The notes beneath the pieces are model-generated. The model did no database searches, was not told the DNA's origin, and was given only the letters and a program-made list of their open reading frames with translations. The position numbers and the translations under genes are program-made. 64,000 bases of DNA from Carpediemonas membranifera BICM (Eukaryota; Protista; Fornicata): positions 521,200 through 585,199 of the forward strand of contig JAHDYR010000005.1 in the NCBI GenBank assembly GCA_019828565.1, given 5' to 3'. Positions 11,001 through 21,600 of the stretch are shown piece by piece. The number at the start of each line of letters is the position of its first letter. Within the stretch, counting starts at the first letter, position 1.

Positions 11001-12960
11001 CAAGCCATCTTCAAGATCTCTCACCACCTCTCACACTCGCACATCCCTCCTCAACGTCTCTCTCCTCCTCCGAGACTCCTCACATTTCCCACGATAGCCC
11101 GTCATCAGCTCTGGTCCGCCTCGGGAGCGCCCTCAGACGTGGTCTCGTGGATCGAGGCAGGCGTCCCGATCGAGATCACCGGGTCGCCACGTCAGCCCAA
11201 GCCCCGACCCCTATCGCCCGCGGCCTCCGAGTGCCTCCGACCACACATGCAGGAGCTCGTCAAGTCCCAAGTCGTGCGCATCTGCAGTCGCAGGCCTCGT
11301 CTAGTCTCCCCCATATTCACTACTCCAAAGTCCGACGGCTCCCCGCGACTGATACACGATCTCAGAACGTTGAACGACGTCACGAAGGAGCGGCGGTGTT
11401 CCGCCTTTTCGGCCTCAAGCGCCTCTTGGAGATCGTAGCCCCGGACGACAGCGCAGTGAAGCAAGACCTACGCTCAGGCTACTACCAACTCGGCGTGAAG
11501 CCATCGGACAGAACGCTTCTCGGCTTTGCCTACGCCAGTTCTACCAGTTCCAGGTGCTTCCCTTCGGCTGGACAGCAGCGCCTTATGTGTTTCAGCGCGT
11601 CATGATATCCGCCGCGTCCATCATATCCCACCGCTTCGGGGTGAAGGTAGCTGTATATCTGGACGACTGGGCCGTCCTAGCACCGCAGAGCCACCTCAAG
11701 CGTGTAGTCCCCGGTATCGTCAAGTGCATGCAGCAGCTAGGCCTCATCCTCAACCTGGCCAAGTCAATGCTGACTCCTGGCAGGGTGATAGAGTACCTAG
11801 GCTTCAGGGTCGACCTGTCCGCGAGACGCATCACTATCACGCAGGCGAAAGCCACCAAGTACGCGGCGAAACTGGACGAAGCTCTACTCGTGCCACCATC
11901 AGGGCGGGAGTGGCAGTCCCTCCTAGGCAAGCTCTCGTTCGCGTCTATCGCATGGCAGGACGGCAGGGCATGGCTTCGACCCCTTCAGGTCTCCGCAGCC
12001 CCCAACACTCCCCAAGCAGAACGAGCTCTGCAAGAGTGGGCCAGACGAGTGAGAAACGTGCCTCATCGGTCGTTCGACAGCCTTATGACCCTGTGGGGCA
12101 TGCATCCGGCGATAGATGTCACCGTTATATCAGACGCGTCGGACGAGGGGATGGGAGCTGTCATCCGGCAGCCGGGTGCCCCCGATATACAGCTGTCCCT
12201 TCCCGTGCCACCCTCACTAGCACACTCGCATATCACCGCCAAGGAGTTCCTGGCCTCGGTGACCGCTGTGCGCCTTCTGCTCGAGTCCTCGGGCTTAGAC
12301 CTGCAGGGCAGGGAGATAACGGTGTTCTCCGACTCGACGGCGGCAGTTGGTTGGCTCAACAAGCAGGCCTCCACTCGCGCGCCACCAGAGGTGGTCTCCG
12401 AGTCGCTGTCCTTCTTCACGCTCCTATCGGAGAGAGGCGTCAGCTTGAGGGCTCGACACACCGCAGGCCACCTGAATATAGCCGCCGACTCGCTGTCAAG
12501 GTTCACCAAGACGGACTGGCAAACCCCGGCGGGCGTGCTCCGCCGCATGTTAGACTCGTGGGGGCCGGCCGAGGTCGACTTGACTGGTCACCCCACGAAG
12601 GAGCTGCTCCTCCCGTCGTACACCAGCCGCTCCGTGCCGTTCACCGGAGACGGTCTGAACCAGAACTGGTGCGGTCGGAGAGTCTTCCTTGCGCCCCCCT
12701 GGGCCATGGTCCCAAAGGTGCTAGCCAAGCTTTACCGTATCATAGAGCCTCTAGGAGACCGAGACCCTCGACAACTACGCTCCGTAACGTTTCTGGTCTT
12801 GCCGGACATCAGGTCCGCTCCTATACTCGCCTTAAAAAGGCTGGCGCCCGAGAAGATGTACTTCTCAATCCCAGCACAGCCAGGGTCAGAGCTGCCAGGC
12901 GCCAATGGAAAGCACAGACTAGTCGCCCTGTGCCTTCCGACGCGATTGTCACAGGCCTAA
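11001..12960 (+). CDS. DIRS-type pol: reverse transcriptase, RNase H and Dam-methyltransferase-like domain (frameshifts near 11388 and 11533)
   Basis: RT: SWIEAGV, SPIF..PKSDGSPRLIHDLR, DLRSGYYQ, LPFGW, YLDDW, EYLGF. RNase H: ISDAS, ITAKE, FSDS, AGHLNIAADSLSR. MT-like: EVDL...DGLNQNW...FLAPPW. Confidence 0.88.
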
Positions 12961-12971
12961 GCGAGCATGCG

Positions 12972-13867
12972 ATGTTCGGTGGCCTCGCTCGGGCCACACG
13001 GCAAGACTACGCGAGGACCCTTGCGGGCTTCCTGGCCTACGCGTCCACACTCCCCCCGGTCGAGGCAGCCAAGCGCTGTGCTGACGAACAGGCCCACACC
13101 GCTGGAAAGGACCGCATCATGGCCAAGACCGGGGTGATAGTCAGGTTTGCCCACGTAAGGGCACGTGCTTCCAGACACCTACGCCCTCGCCGAGGACTTC
13201 TGGCCAATCGTAGCAGAAGCAGCTACGGCCTCGACGACAGCAGCACACGGCCCCGCGGCACCTGTCAGGCTCAAGTGGATCAATGCAGTCCTCACCCGGA
13301 CACCCGAGGACCTCATGTGCTACCAGTGGCGGCAGATAATGACATTCGCGCTGACGTGTTATGCCTCCGTGTCGCGCCCTGGTGAGGTCCTGGCCCTATC
13401 ACGCAGGGACATCATCGAGACCCCCGACGGCATCGTCATCACCATCCGGCGGACTAAGACCGGCATGACCAACGTCCGAAAGATGATTCCTCTCGCGCAG
13501 GGCGACCCCTGTCGCCAGCGACCTGGCTACATGACCACCTGGCCGCCATAGGGGACGTTGATGTACTTGAGCCTATCTGGCGGACGACGGACCAGTACGG
13601 CAACCTCGCTCCCGGTCACCGCCCGGTGGCATTCTCCGAGCTGGCGGACAGCTTCAAAAGCCAGTTCGGACATGGCGCAAGGCTCCACGGCCTTCGTCGA
13701 GTGCAGCAGCGGACATGATCTTGGCGGGCGTCCCAGTAGTCGTAGTGATGGCAAAGGGAACATGGAAGGATTCTAACTCACTATTGAGGTATATTGAGGA
13801 CACTATTCGGTTAGATAGAGTAACATCAAGGGTTTGCTTCACGCATCCCTCTGTTCGTGAGCTGTGA
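12972..13867 (+). pseudogene. Tyrosine recombinase of the DIRS-like element, frameshifted in this assembly
   Basis: Fragments in successive frames: GLARATRQDY, FALTCYASVSRPGE, TIRRTKTG, LHGLRR, KGTWKDSNSLLRY; stop at 13865-13867. Confidence 0.8.
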
Positions 13868-15647
13868 GAGGCTGAACAGATCTAAATGAGAGAGAAACAT
13901 GCGAATCCGCGCGAGGATTATGTTATAGGAGATAATGAGTAGCAAGGTAACTAGCTAGGGCTCCACATCGCCACCATATGGGTCATCGGCAGTTGTGGTG
14001 ACATAAACTGCACCCCAGAGAAAGGGGGCAGAGTGTGGTTGGACGACCGGGACAGGCCCCATGGAGTGGTCAGACAGGTAAGTGTATCACTGTCTGCCTT
14101 CAGACTGGTAGGTGAGCGGAGCGCCACGCCCAGGCTTCGGCTGAGCGGTCGAGGTTAATCTGATCGAATTGATTCCGATCAAATCGTCGCAGTTCAGGAA
14201 AGAGAGCAAAGAAAGGCAAGCATGAACCGCGACGCAGCCGGTGGGCTGCTATCCTCCCGAACGGGAGTGACTCCGGGGTCCCGGCCAACACGGCCGAGGT
14301 AAGCGGGCCCTGGTGAGAGGAGTTTACTACTTACACTAGAACACACAATCGATAATAAACTCTTCTCCCCCCTGTGGGATATAGACGTAGTCTACCGGAC
14401 CGTCTGCCCAGTCAGACGTACCGTCGTAGACGTAGACACAGTGCGCCTTGGGGCGCGGTCCACAAGGGTCCGAGTGGGGTGCCGATCACCCGGACCCAAA
14501 CCCAAAAGATTCGGGAGAATCTTCTAGATTCGGGGAAAATATTCGGCTGGTGACCTGGGACGTTTAAGCCAATTTAACCAAGGGGGGAAAACCTCCCCTG
14601 TTCGGCACATCCCTGGAAATGGCTGACGACGAGCAAGACGCTCAGCCTGATCCAGGAGTATAAATTTGATCTAATCAATTGGAGACTTCGACTGTAGTCG
14701 ACTAACAGTCGTGTGACCGTTGGGTACTCCCCTCGTACATCCGTGGCCCGGTACCTCAGACCCGAATTCAGACTCGAAATTCGGCTGCCAGGTACCTCCT
14801 GGCGCTCGCGAGCAAACGGTGGCCGGCTTCTCTTCGACCATTTCTTTCGAAGATGTGAAAATCAATTCATCAACTGATTACTGTCCAACCTCTAACCACA
14901 TCCAACCAGAGCCCTTACTGACCGGGCGTTCGGTGCCCACCACCGAGGGGCCGCAGACCTACGTAGAGGGCGAGTCCTGAAGTAAGATCCAAAAAATATG
15001 ACCGTTATGCTGTAACGATGAAATAAGGTTGTGACTAGTGCACAGTTGGAACCGTAGGCCCTTTTCACAAGGCATGCCGACCCTAGCTTGGTTTAGCAGC
15101 ATCACTGCCGATTCACCGCACTTTAGTCTGCGTTCAAAATCTTGTCAGCAACGGATAGCGATAGGTACATCCGTTTTAGCAGGACAAGCGAAACCGCGCC
15201 CGATGATTTTGGAATCTATTTTGCCTCTGACCACAACCCAACCGGAGTGCGGAACAAAGTGGTCGTTACTTTCTATCATCAGCATTTTTTGCCCTACACG
15301 TAAGTACGATACCAGTCCGATCTTCATTTAATGGTACGGTCAATGCGTCAAATTATGAGTGGGCTGAGCTAATCAATCAAGGAGACTGGGTCAGATGCAC
15401 GACCCCGGTAAACGCATATTGTCCCATTTCATGTTGCCGAGTGCCATTGGTACGAGTTGAAGCCTGTAGAGATTTATCAGCCAAGCACCTGCCCCATAGC
15501 CTCAAATCTCTGCTGCGCCGGTTGGCGGAGAATGGATGGCGATAGATCAGTTGGCACAAGATACAACAATCACAGGTGAACGCGACATCCGTCGCCTGAC
15601 AGATAAATAATCCGCATTTATACAGGGCCACATAAACGTGCGGCCAC

Positions 15648-18600
15648 TCAGATTGTCGAGGCGAGCGCGTCGAAACACTGGCGCAGGGCATCGGCCGTAA
15701 CGTCAGGCAGCCTCGAGCTGTCCCCCAGCAGGATGTAGTAGGGGAAGGGGTACATGTCGAGCACCGGGGTCCTCTGGATCGCCCCGTTGGCGAAGGTGAT
15801 CCGGATCCGATCGACAAGGTCTCCCTTGTTGAGCGCGATCAGCAGCGGCAACACGCCCTTGCTGATGAGCCCGCGGACCTTGCTGGCGACAGCGGCCTCG
15901 TCCTGAAGGATTGAGCCGTCCGATATGATAAGCAGCACCTGTCGGGGCCCGGCGCTGTCGAAGATGGACGACGCCGCGTCGAGCATGCCAGCGAAGTCAG
16001 TTGTCTTGTCCTCGAACTTGACGCGGTCGAGGATGCCCGGAAGATGGGCATCGGGCAGCAGCTGCTCGAGGGGGTGGTAGACCTCAGCGCCCTCGCCAAA
16101 GCCCACAACGCACACGGGTCCCGTCTCAAGGGCGTTGAGCGCGCTGGTTAGAAGCACAAGCGCCTCCTTGGCGAGGTCAGCCGATGCCTGCATGGATCTA
16201 GATGTGTCGACAGCGATCACCACGCTGTAGTCGCGCTTGGCGGGTTTGGTGCGGCGCAGCCAAATGTTGTTCTGGACGTACTGCGAGGCTACGAACTGCA
16301 CAAGCCTGCGCATGGAGAGGCGCTTCCCCGTCCTGAAGTTGCCGACGAGCTGCGACCGTTCCGTCGGCTCCAGCACAGTTGACAGCTGCTCCGTGAGGCG
16401 GTGGATACCGGGCTGCACGCGGTTCCGGATCGCCGCATAGCCCGCTGCGTCGACGCCGTCGTGAATCGAGACCTCGGTCGGGACGTGCTGTAGGGCGGCG
16501 CCGTCGGCCCGGGTCAGCTGGACAGCGCCGACCTTGATGTTGAAGGCCTGTGTCCGCTCAGCTTGGGCGATCGTTGGGGCCTCGGCCTCGGGGTCGGGCT
16601 GCTCCTGGTCGGCCCTGTCGTGCTCCCGGTTGATCTCATGCTGGCCGCGTCTTGCCTCGGCGACGGCCTCCTCGCCGGTGTCAGATTGGGCCGCGTCGCC
16701 GTCCATCTCGACGTCCTGGTCCTCCTGGTCATCGGGCTCGGCGTCCAGGAGGTTGACCTGCTGTACCTCCCGCTCGACCTCCCCGTCGTCGCCCTGGCCG
16801 CCGTCCTCTTCGTCCGAGCCCTTGCCCGTGTCGGCGTGCTGCGTGTCCTGGCCGTACGCCTCGTCCTGGTCGTCGTCCGAGGCGTTGTGATCCGCATCAC
16901 CCTCCCCGGCAACCTCGTCAGCTTCCATCTCCTCGTCGACGTCGGACTCGGGCTCGGGCTCGGGCGGGGCGACCTCCTGCTCGGCCTGCTCCATATCCTC
17001 ATCATCGTCGTCGAGATCAGAGACGTCGTCGAGCTCGAGGCGCTCCCGGCCGTTCTCGTCGTCGTCTTCGGTGTCAACCTCGGGGGCGTCATCGTCAAGG
17101 CCGTCGTCACTCTCGTCAGCGGCCTCGTCGGGCTCAGGCTCGTCGTCAGCATGCTCGGCCTGGTCGAAGTCGATATCCTCCTCCTCCTCTGACTCCCCGA
17201 TCAGGTCGGCCTCGCCGTCGAGCTCCCGGTCGCTGCCGGAGGCGTCACCGTCGTCCAGATCATCCTCGGCCCACTCGCGCTGCTCCTCCTGCTCGCCGCC
17301 GGACATGTCATCGTCCATCCGCTCGTCAATGTCCTCCTGCTCCTCCTCATCGTCATTCTCGTCCTCCTCGTTCTCATCGACCTCAACGTCCTGCTCCTTG
17401 CCGTCGATGTCACGTTCCATCTCGACACCGCCGTCGCTGACATCACCGTCGTCCTGCTCCTTATCGTCCTGGACCTGGTCGAGCTCGTCTTCGTGCTCGA
17501 TCTCGTCGCTGATGTCCTTTCCGGTGCCCTTACCGTCGGCCAGGCCAGCCCCCTCGCCGGCCTCCTCCTCCTCCTCCTCGCCGTCGTCCTCGAGCTCCTC
17601 CTCCGGGATGTGTTCGAGGACGTCCTCGTGCACCATGGACACCAGCATCGCCGCCATCGTCAGGGCCAGCGAGAGGGTCGGCCCGAGTGTGTCAGCCGGG
17701 ACGGGGGCCTCTGCGTCGCTGGGCTGGCGGTGCTGGGGTTCCGTTTCCGCGAGCAGACGGGTGATGGGGCCTGCGATGAGGGCGGGGAGCGCGTCCACGG
17801 TGCCCCTGTCGATAGCGTCACGGGCAACGTCCGTCCGGACCGCCGCGACCTGCTCGAGTCGGAGCCGAGCCAGGCGGGCGGGGTCAGGGGTGGGCGAGGG
17901 CGGGGGTGCCACGCGGGCCATAAGGGCGGGCAGTGAGACGAGGAGCCCGTTGACGGCCTGCAGGACGTGGAGCATCGGCGTATCAGTGCCCTCGCTGATC
18001 CTACCGGCCATGAACACGTCGTCCCACGGGCTGAACACCAGCAGCAGCGTGTACTGCAGCCGCTGCAGCAGGGCGCGGTGGGCGGGCGCGTCGCAGGCGA
18101 GCAGTTCGGCCAGCCCAGTGTAGATCTTGCCGACGTCCTCGGGCTCCCGCGTGTTGAAGGGCACGCGGGGCAGGCCCGTAGCCCGCACGGCCCCGCGGAG
18201 GGCCTTGACCAGGCGGGCCCGGACAGAGACGTCCTCTTTGTGCGTCCGAACGGCCTCCCAGCGGTCTGCGAGGTCCACAGCGACGGGAGATAGGTCTCCC
18301 ACGATGGCTGCGAGGCCTTCGCGGTCGAACGTCATGGTCCTCCCGTCGACATCGCCGAGGAACATGTCGATCGGCTCGCTGGTTGAGCCCCGGATCGAGG
18401 CGACGGCCGAGGCGATGTCTCTGCGAGTCTTGGCTTGACTCTGCTTGATGGCCTGAGCCTTGACTTCTCCCCGGTCTCTCGTGAGGTCGTACTTGCTGAG
18501 CTCGAGAGCATCCTCGAGCAGGCGGGTACCGGGGCCCTTGAGCTCGGCGTAGTGGCGTCTGAACGGCTCCTCGAAGACCATGTGTGCCCTGTAGAGCCCC

Positions 18601-21600
18601 TCAAACACACCGGCCAGACGGCAGTGGTCAGGCTCGGTCGCCAGCTGCATGCCGAGGGCTCGAATGGATGCCAGGCGGGCCGGCCACTGCGAGGCCACGC
18701 CGGAGCGGGCGAAGCGGCTGGCGGCAACGAGCACGCCACCATCAGACAGCACGGTGTTGTTGACGGTGGCCTCGATGAGCGTCGGGTACTCCCTTAGCAC
18801 GCTCGACCAGGCGTCCGCGTCGGACAGTGTCCGGAGGCCGCGCTGGCATGCCCGGAGCCGCACGCTGAGGGCCGTGGCGAGTGTGAGCAGGGGCCCCGTG
18901 TGGGACGCCATGCCGGCCCTCTCGACGGCGGCCTTGCCGTTGAGGGCGGCCAGCCTGTCATGCTCGATGCACTCGGTGTAGAGGCTGTGGAGGTGGTCTA
19001 CCATGGCCTGCAGCAGCGTGTCGGCGGGCAGCCCCACCACCTTGTCGATGAGGTCGACCACCGCTTGGATCTGGTACTTAGATCCGTCGGACCCGAAGTC
19101 AGCGTCGTACTGCTCCTGGATGGCCACTGCACGGGCTCTGAGGGCGCAGAGGACCTCCACAACCTGGGCAACCTCGGGGCCGGCGAGCTGGGGCCGCGGG
19201 GGTTGGGGCGGGAAGGCGAAGGGCGCGGCCGCGGACTCCTCGGGGGCATTCGAGCTCGTGGGCTCCGCGAGACGGGCAGCCGCGATGAATACGGCCTCGT
19301 CCTCGGCGGGTGTAGCGACGTTGTCCAGGGAGGCGAGCCCGGGGAGGTTGGCCGGGATCACGGTGTCGCCCTCGAGGACCCGGAAGATCGCCTCGGACAT
19401 GGCTGCGATGTGCCCCTGCATGGCCCGCAGGGAGTACCAGCGGGGCCCGGACCGGGGCTTGTCCTCACTGTCCTCGTCGTGGTTGTCCTCGTCGTCGCTG
19501 TCGTCGCCAAAGATGCGGAGCTCCTCCTCGTCCGTTGCGTCCTTACCGATGACGCCGTTGTCGCCCTTCTGCTCGTAGGACTTGCGGTCCTTGGCCTCGA
19601 ACACCAGGCCCCACGTGTGGACGAAGCCTGACAGTCGGGCGAGGACCCGCATCACTGGGAACGGCGATTCCCCCTTGGCGATGACCGCGGCGATGACGGC
19701 AGACAGCAGGGGCACCACGGACGGGTCGACCCGCACACGACGGCGCATCTCCTCGGCGCTGAGGTCCGGGAAGGCGTCAGTGAAGTTGAACCGACTGGGT
19801 CGGGGGTAACGGAGCTCAGCGGCCTTGATGGGCTCCAATGCCGCGAGCAGGCCAGCGTCGAGGTCAGCAGCGGTAGGACATGAGAGCAGGCGGCCGACCG
19901 GGGTGGGGGTCGGCGTCGTCGGGGCCGAGGACGCGAGGATCTGGCACAGGGCCGGGGCGACGGCGACTGCGTAGTCCTGCAGCCCGTGTAGTGCGTTGAG
20001 CCACGTCTGGAGGAAGAAGACATCGATGGCACCGGTCCCGGCGACCACGGAGAGGGCGTTGTGCAGCAGCCGCAGAGACACCACACCCGCCTCACGGGCG
20101 GGGACGAGCGACGGCTCGGGAACCTCTCCAGCGACGGTGAGCAGCGAGGCAGCCGGCTCAGTGAAGGCGGCCTCACAGCCCATGAGGGCGGCGCCCTGGT
20201 CGACCCAGACCCGTGCCATGGCGGAGACAGCCGCGGCCATGTCGCCGAACACGGTGGCCTGGGCTCCGAGGAGGAGCAGGGGGTCGGCGATGACGTCCTC
20301 TGTGCCCCCCACGGCCCGGGGGCGGGTGGTCGAGAGGAGGTCGCCCGGGGTGACGCCGAGCTTGGCGGCGTGGGTGGCGATGGCGTCATGCAGTTTGTCG
20401 AGGCTGAAGGCCGCGATGTCCGCGGTGCCCACGAGCTTGGCTGCCAGGTCCCGCCGGGCGGTGTGGCCCATGAGCGGCGCCGTGCGAACGGACGACGCCA
20501 GCGGCATCAGCACGCGGCCCCACAGCCGAGCGACGTCGCTGACGACGGCCTTGGGGTCCGCCAGACGATCGCCCGCTCCATCGATGGAGGCTAGCTGCAG
20601 CAGACCGAAGGCAAGCGCGCGGGCACTGCCAACGACGGACGGGTCCTCGAGGGCCTCGCGGACGGCAGGAGTCAGCCGGCCAGTGACGAGGCCGCGGAGT
20701 GCGACCCGTCTTTCCTGCGGGCCGCCTGGGATCCTGAGGGCGTCGCTGAACAACACGGGTTGGGGGTGGGCGATGATGGCGAGCCCGCCGATCCTCTGGT
20801 AGCCGTCGAGGGCGCCCTTGATCTCATCGGGCAGAGTGAAGTGGGTCCCGGCGATAGAGTCGGGGATCGACGGATACAGCGCCGTCAGGGCCGTGAGCAC
20901 GCCGAACGCCTGCGAGACGTCCGTGAGGCGGGTCGAGGCGGCGACGACGGCCCAGAGCTTGGCGAGCAGAGGGTGCATACCCTCAGCGATGGCCTCCGAG
21001 GTGCTCGCGATCTCCCGTCTGCGGGCGTCGAGGGGTGTTGACCCGAAGACCGAGACGTCGGGCCGGGCGATGAGGGTCATCGAGTGGGCCAGCACGCCGT
21101 CGGGGGACGTGACGGTGGCGTCACCGTCCTCCATAAACCTCTGGCACAGCGCCTTGTACGACTCCGCGGCGACCCACGTCCAGCCGTCCTTGCCATGCGG
21201 CCTGAGGTGGAAGGGCGTGGAGTTACCTGTGCCGAGGACGACGTCAAGCACAGCCGGGTCCGGGGCGATGTCAGTCACCGTGCGCAGTGCCGTGGCGACG
21301 GCCTGGCGGTCCGGACCGACCCGGCGGAGGAACTGCAGCGCCCTGAGGTAGCGGATGACGTCAGCCTGGGCCGAGTACGGTGAGACGGCCGAGAGGGCGT
21401 CCAGGGCACCGGGGCCGAGGCCGAAGTCCGCAGCTATGGTGAGCATGCGGCTGCGGTCGGCCGGGGAGAGGTAGATCTCCATCGATCTGTTCCGGATGGC
21501 CCTGGAGATCTCACCGTAAATCGGATCCATCAGCAGGATGATCTTGAACCGCTCATCGGCCTTGACAACCTCGTACCCGCCCTTCTCCACGAGCGGCATG

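Larger units (their letters stand above)
10691..14618 (+). mobile_element. DIRS-like tyrosine-recombinase retrotransposon (3' part of gag, RT, RNase H, MT-like, YR, 3' non-coding region)
   Basis: The domain order gag-RT/RH-MT-YR is diagnostic of DIRS-group elements. Termini could not be defined and no terminal repeats were recognised. Confidence 0.85.

Noticed and set aside
11526-13385. 619-aa ORF overlapping pol as an independent gene
   Set aside because: Most of it is low-information alternative-frame sequence; only its 3' end carries YR N-terminal sequence. Long YR/pol overlaps are already known in DIRS elements.
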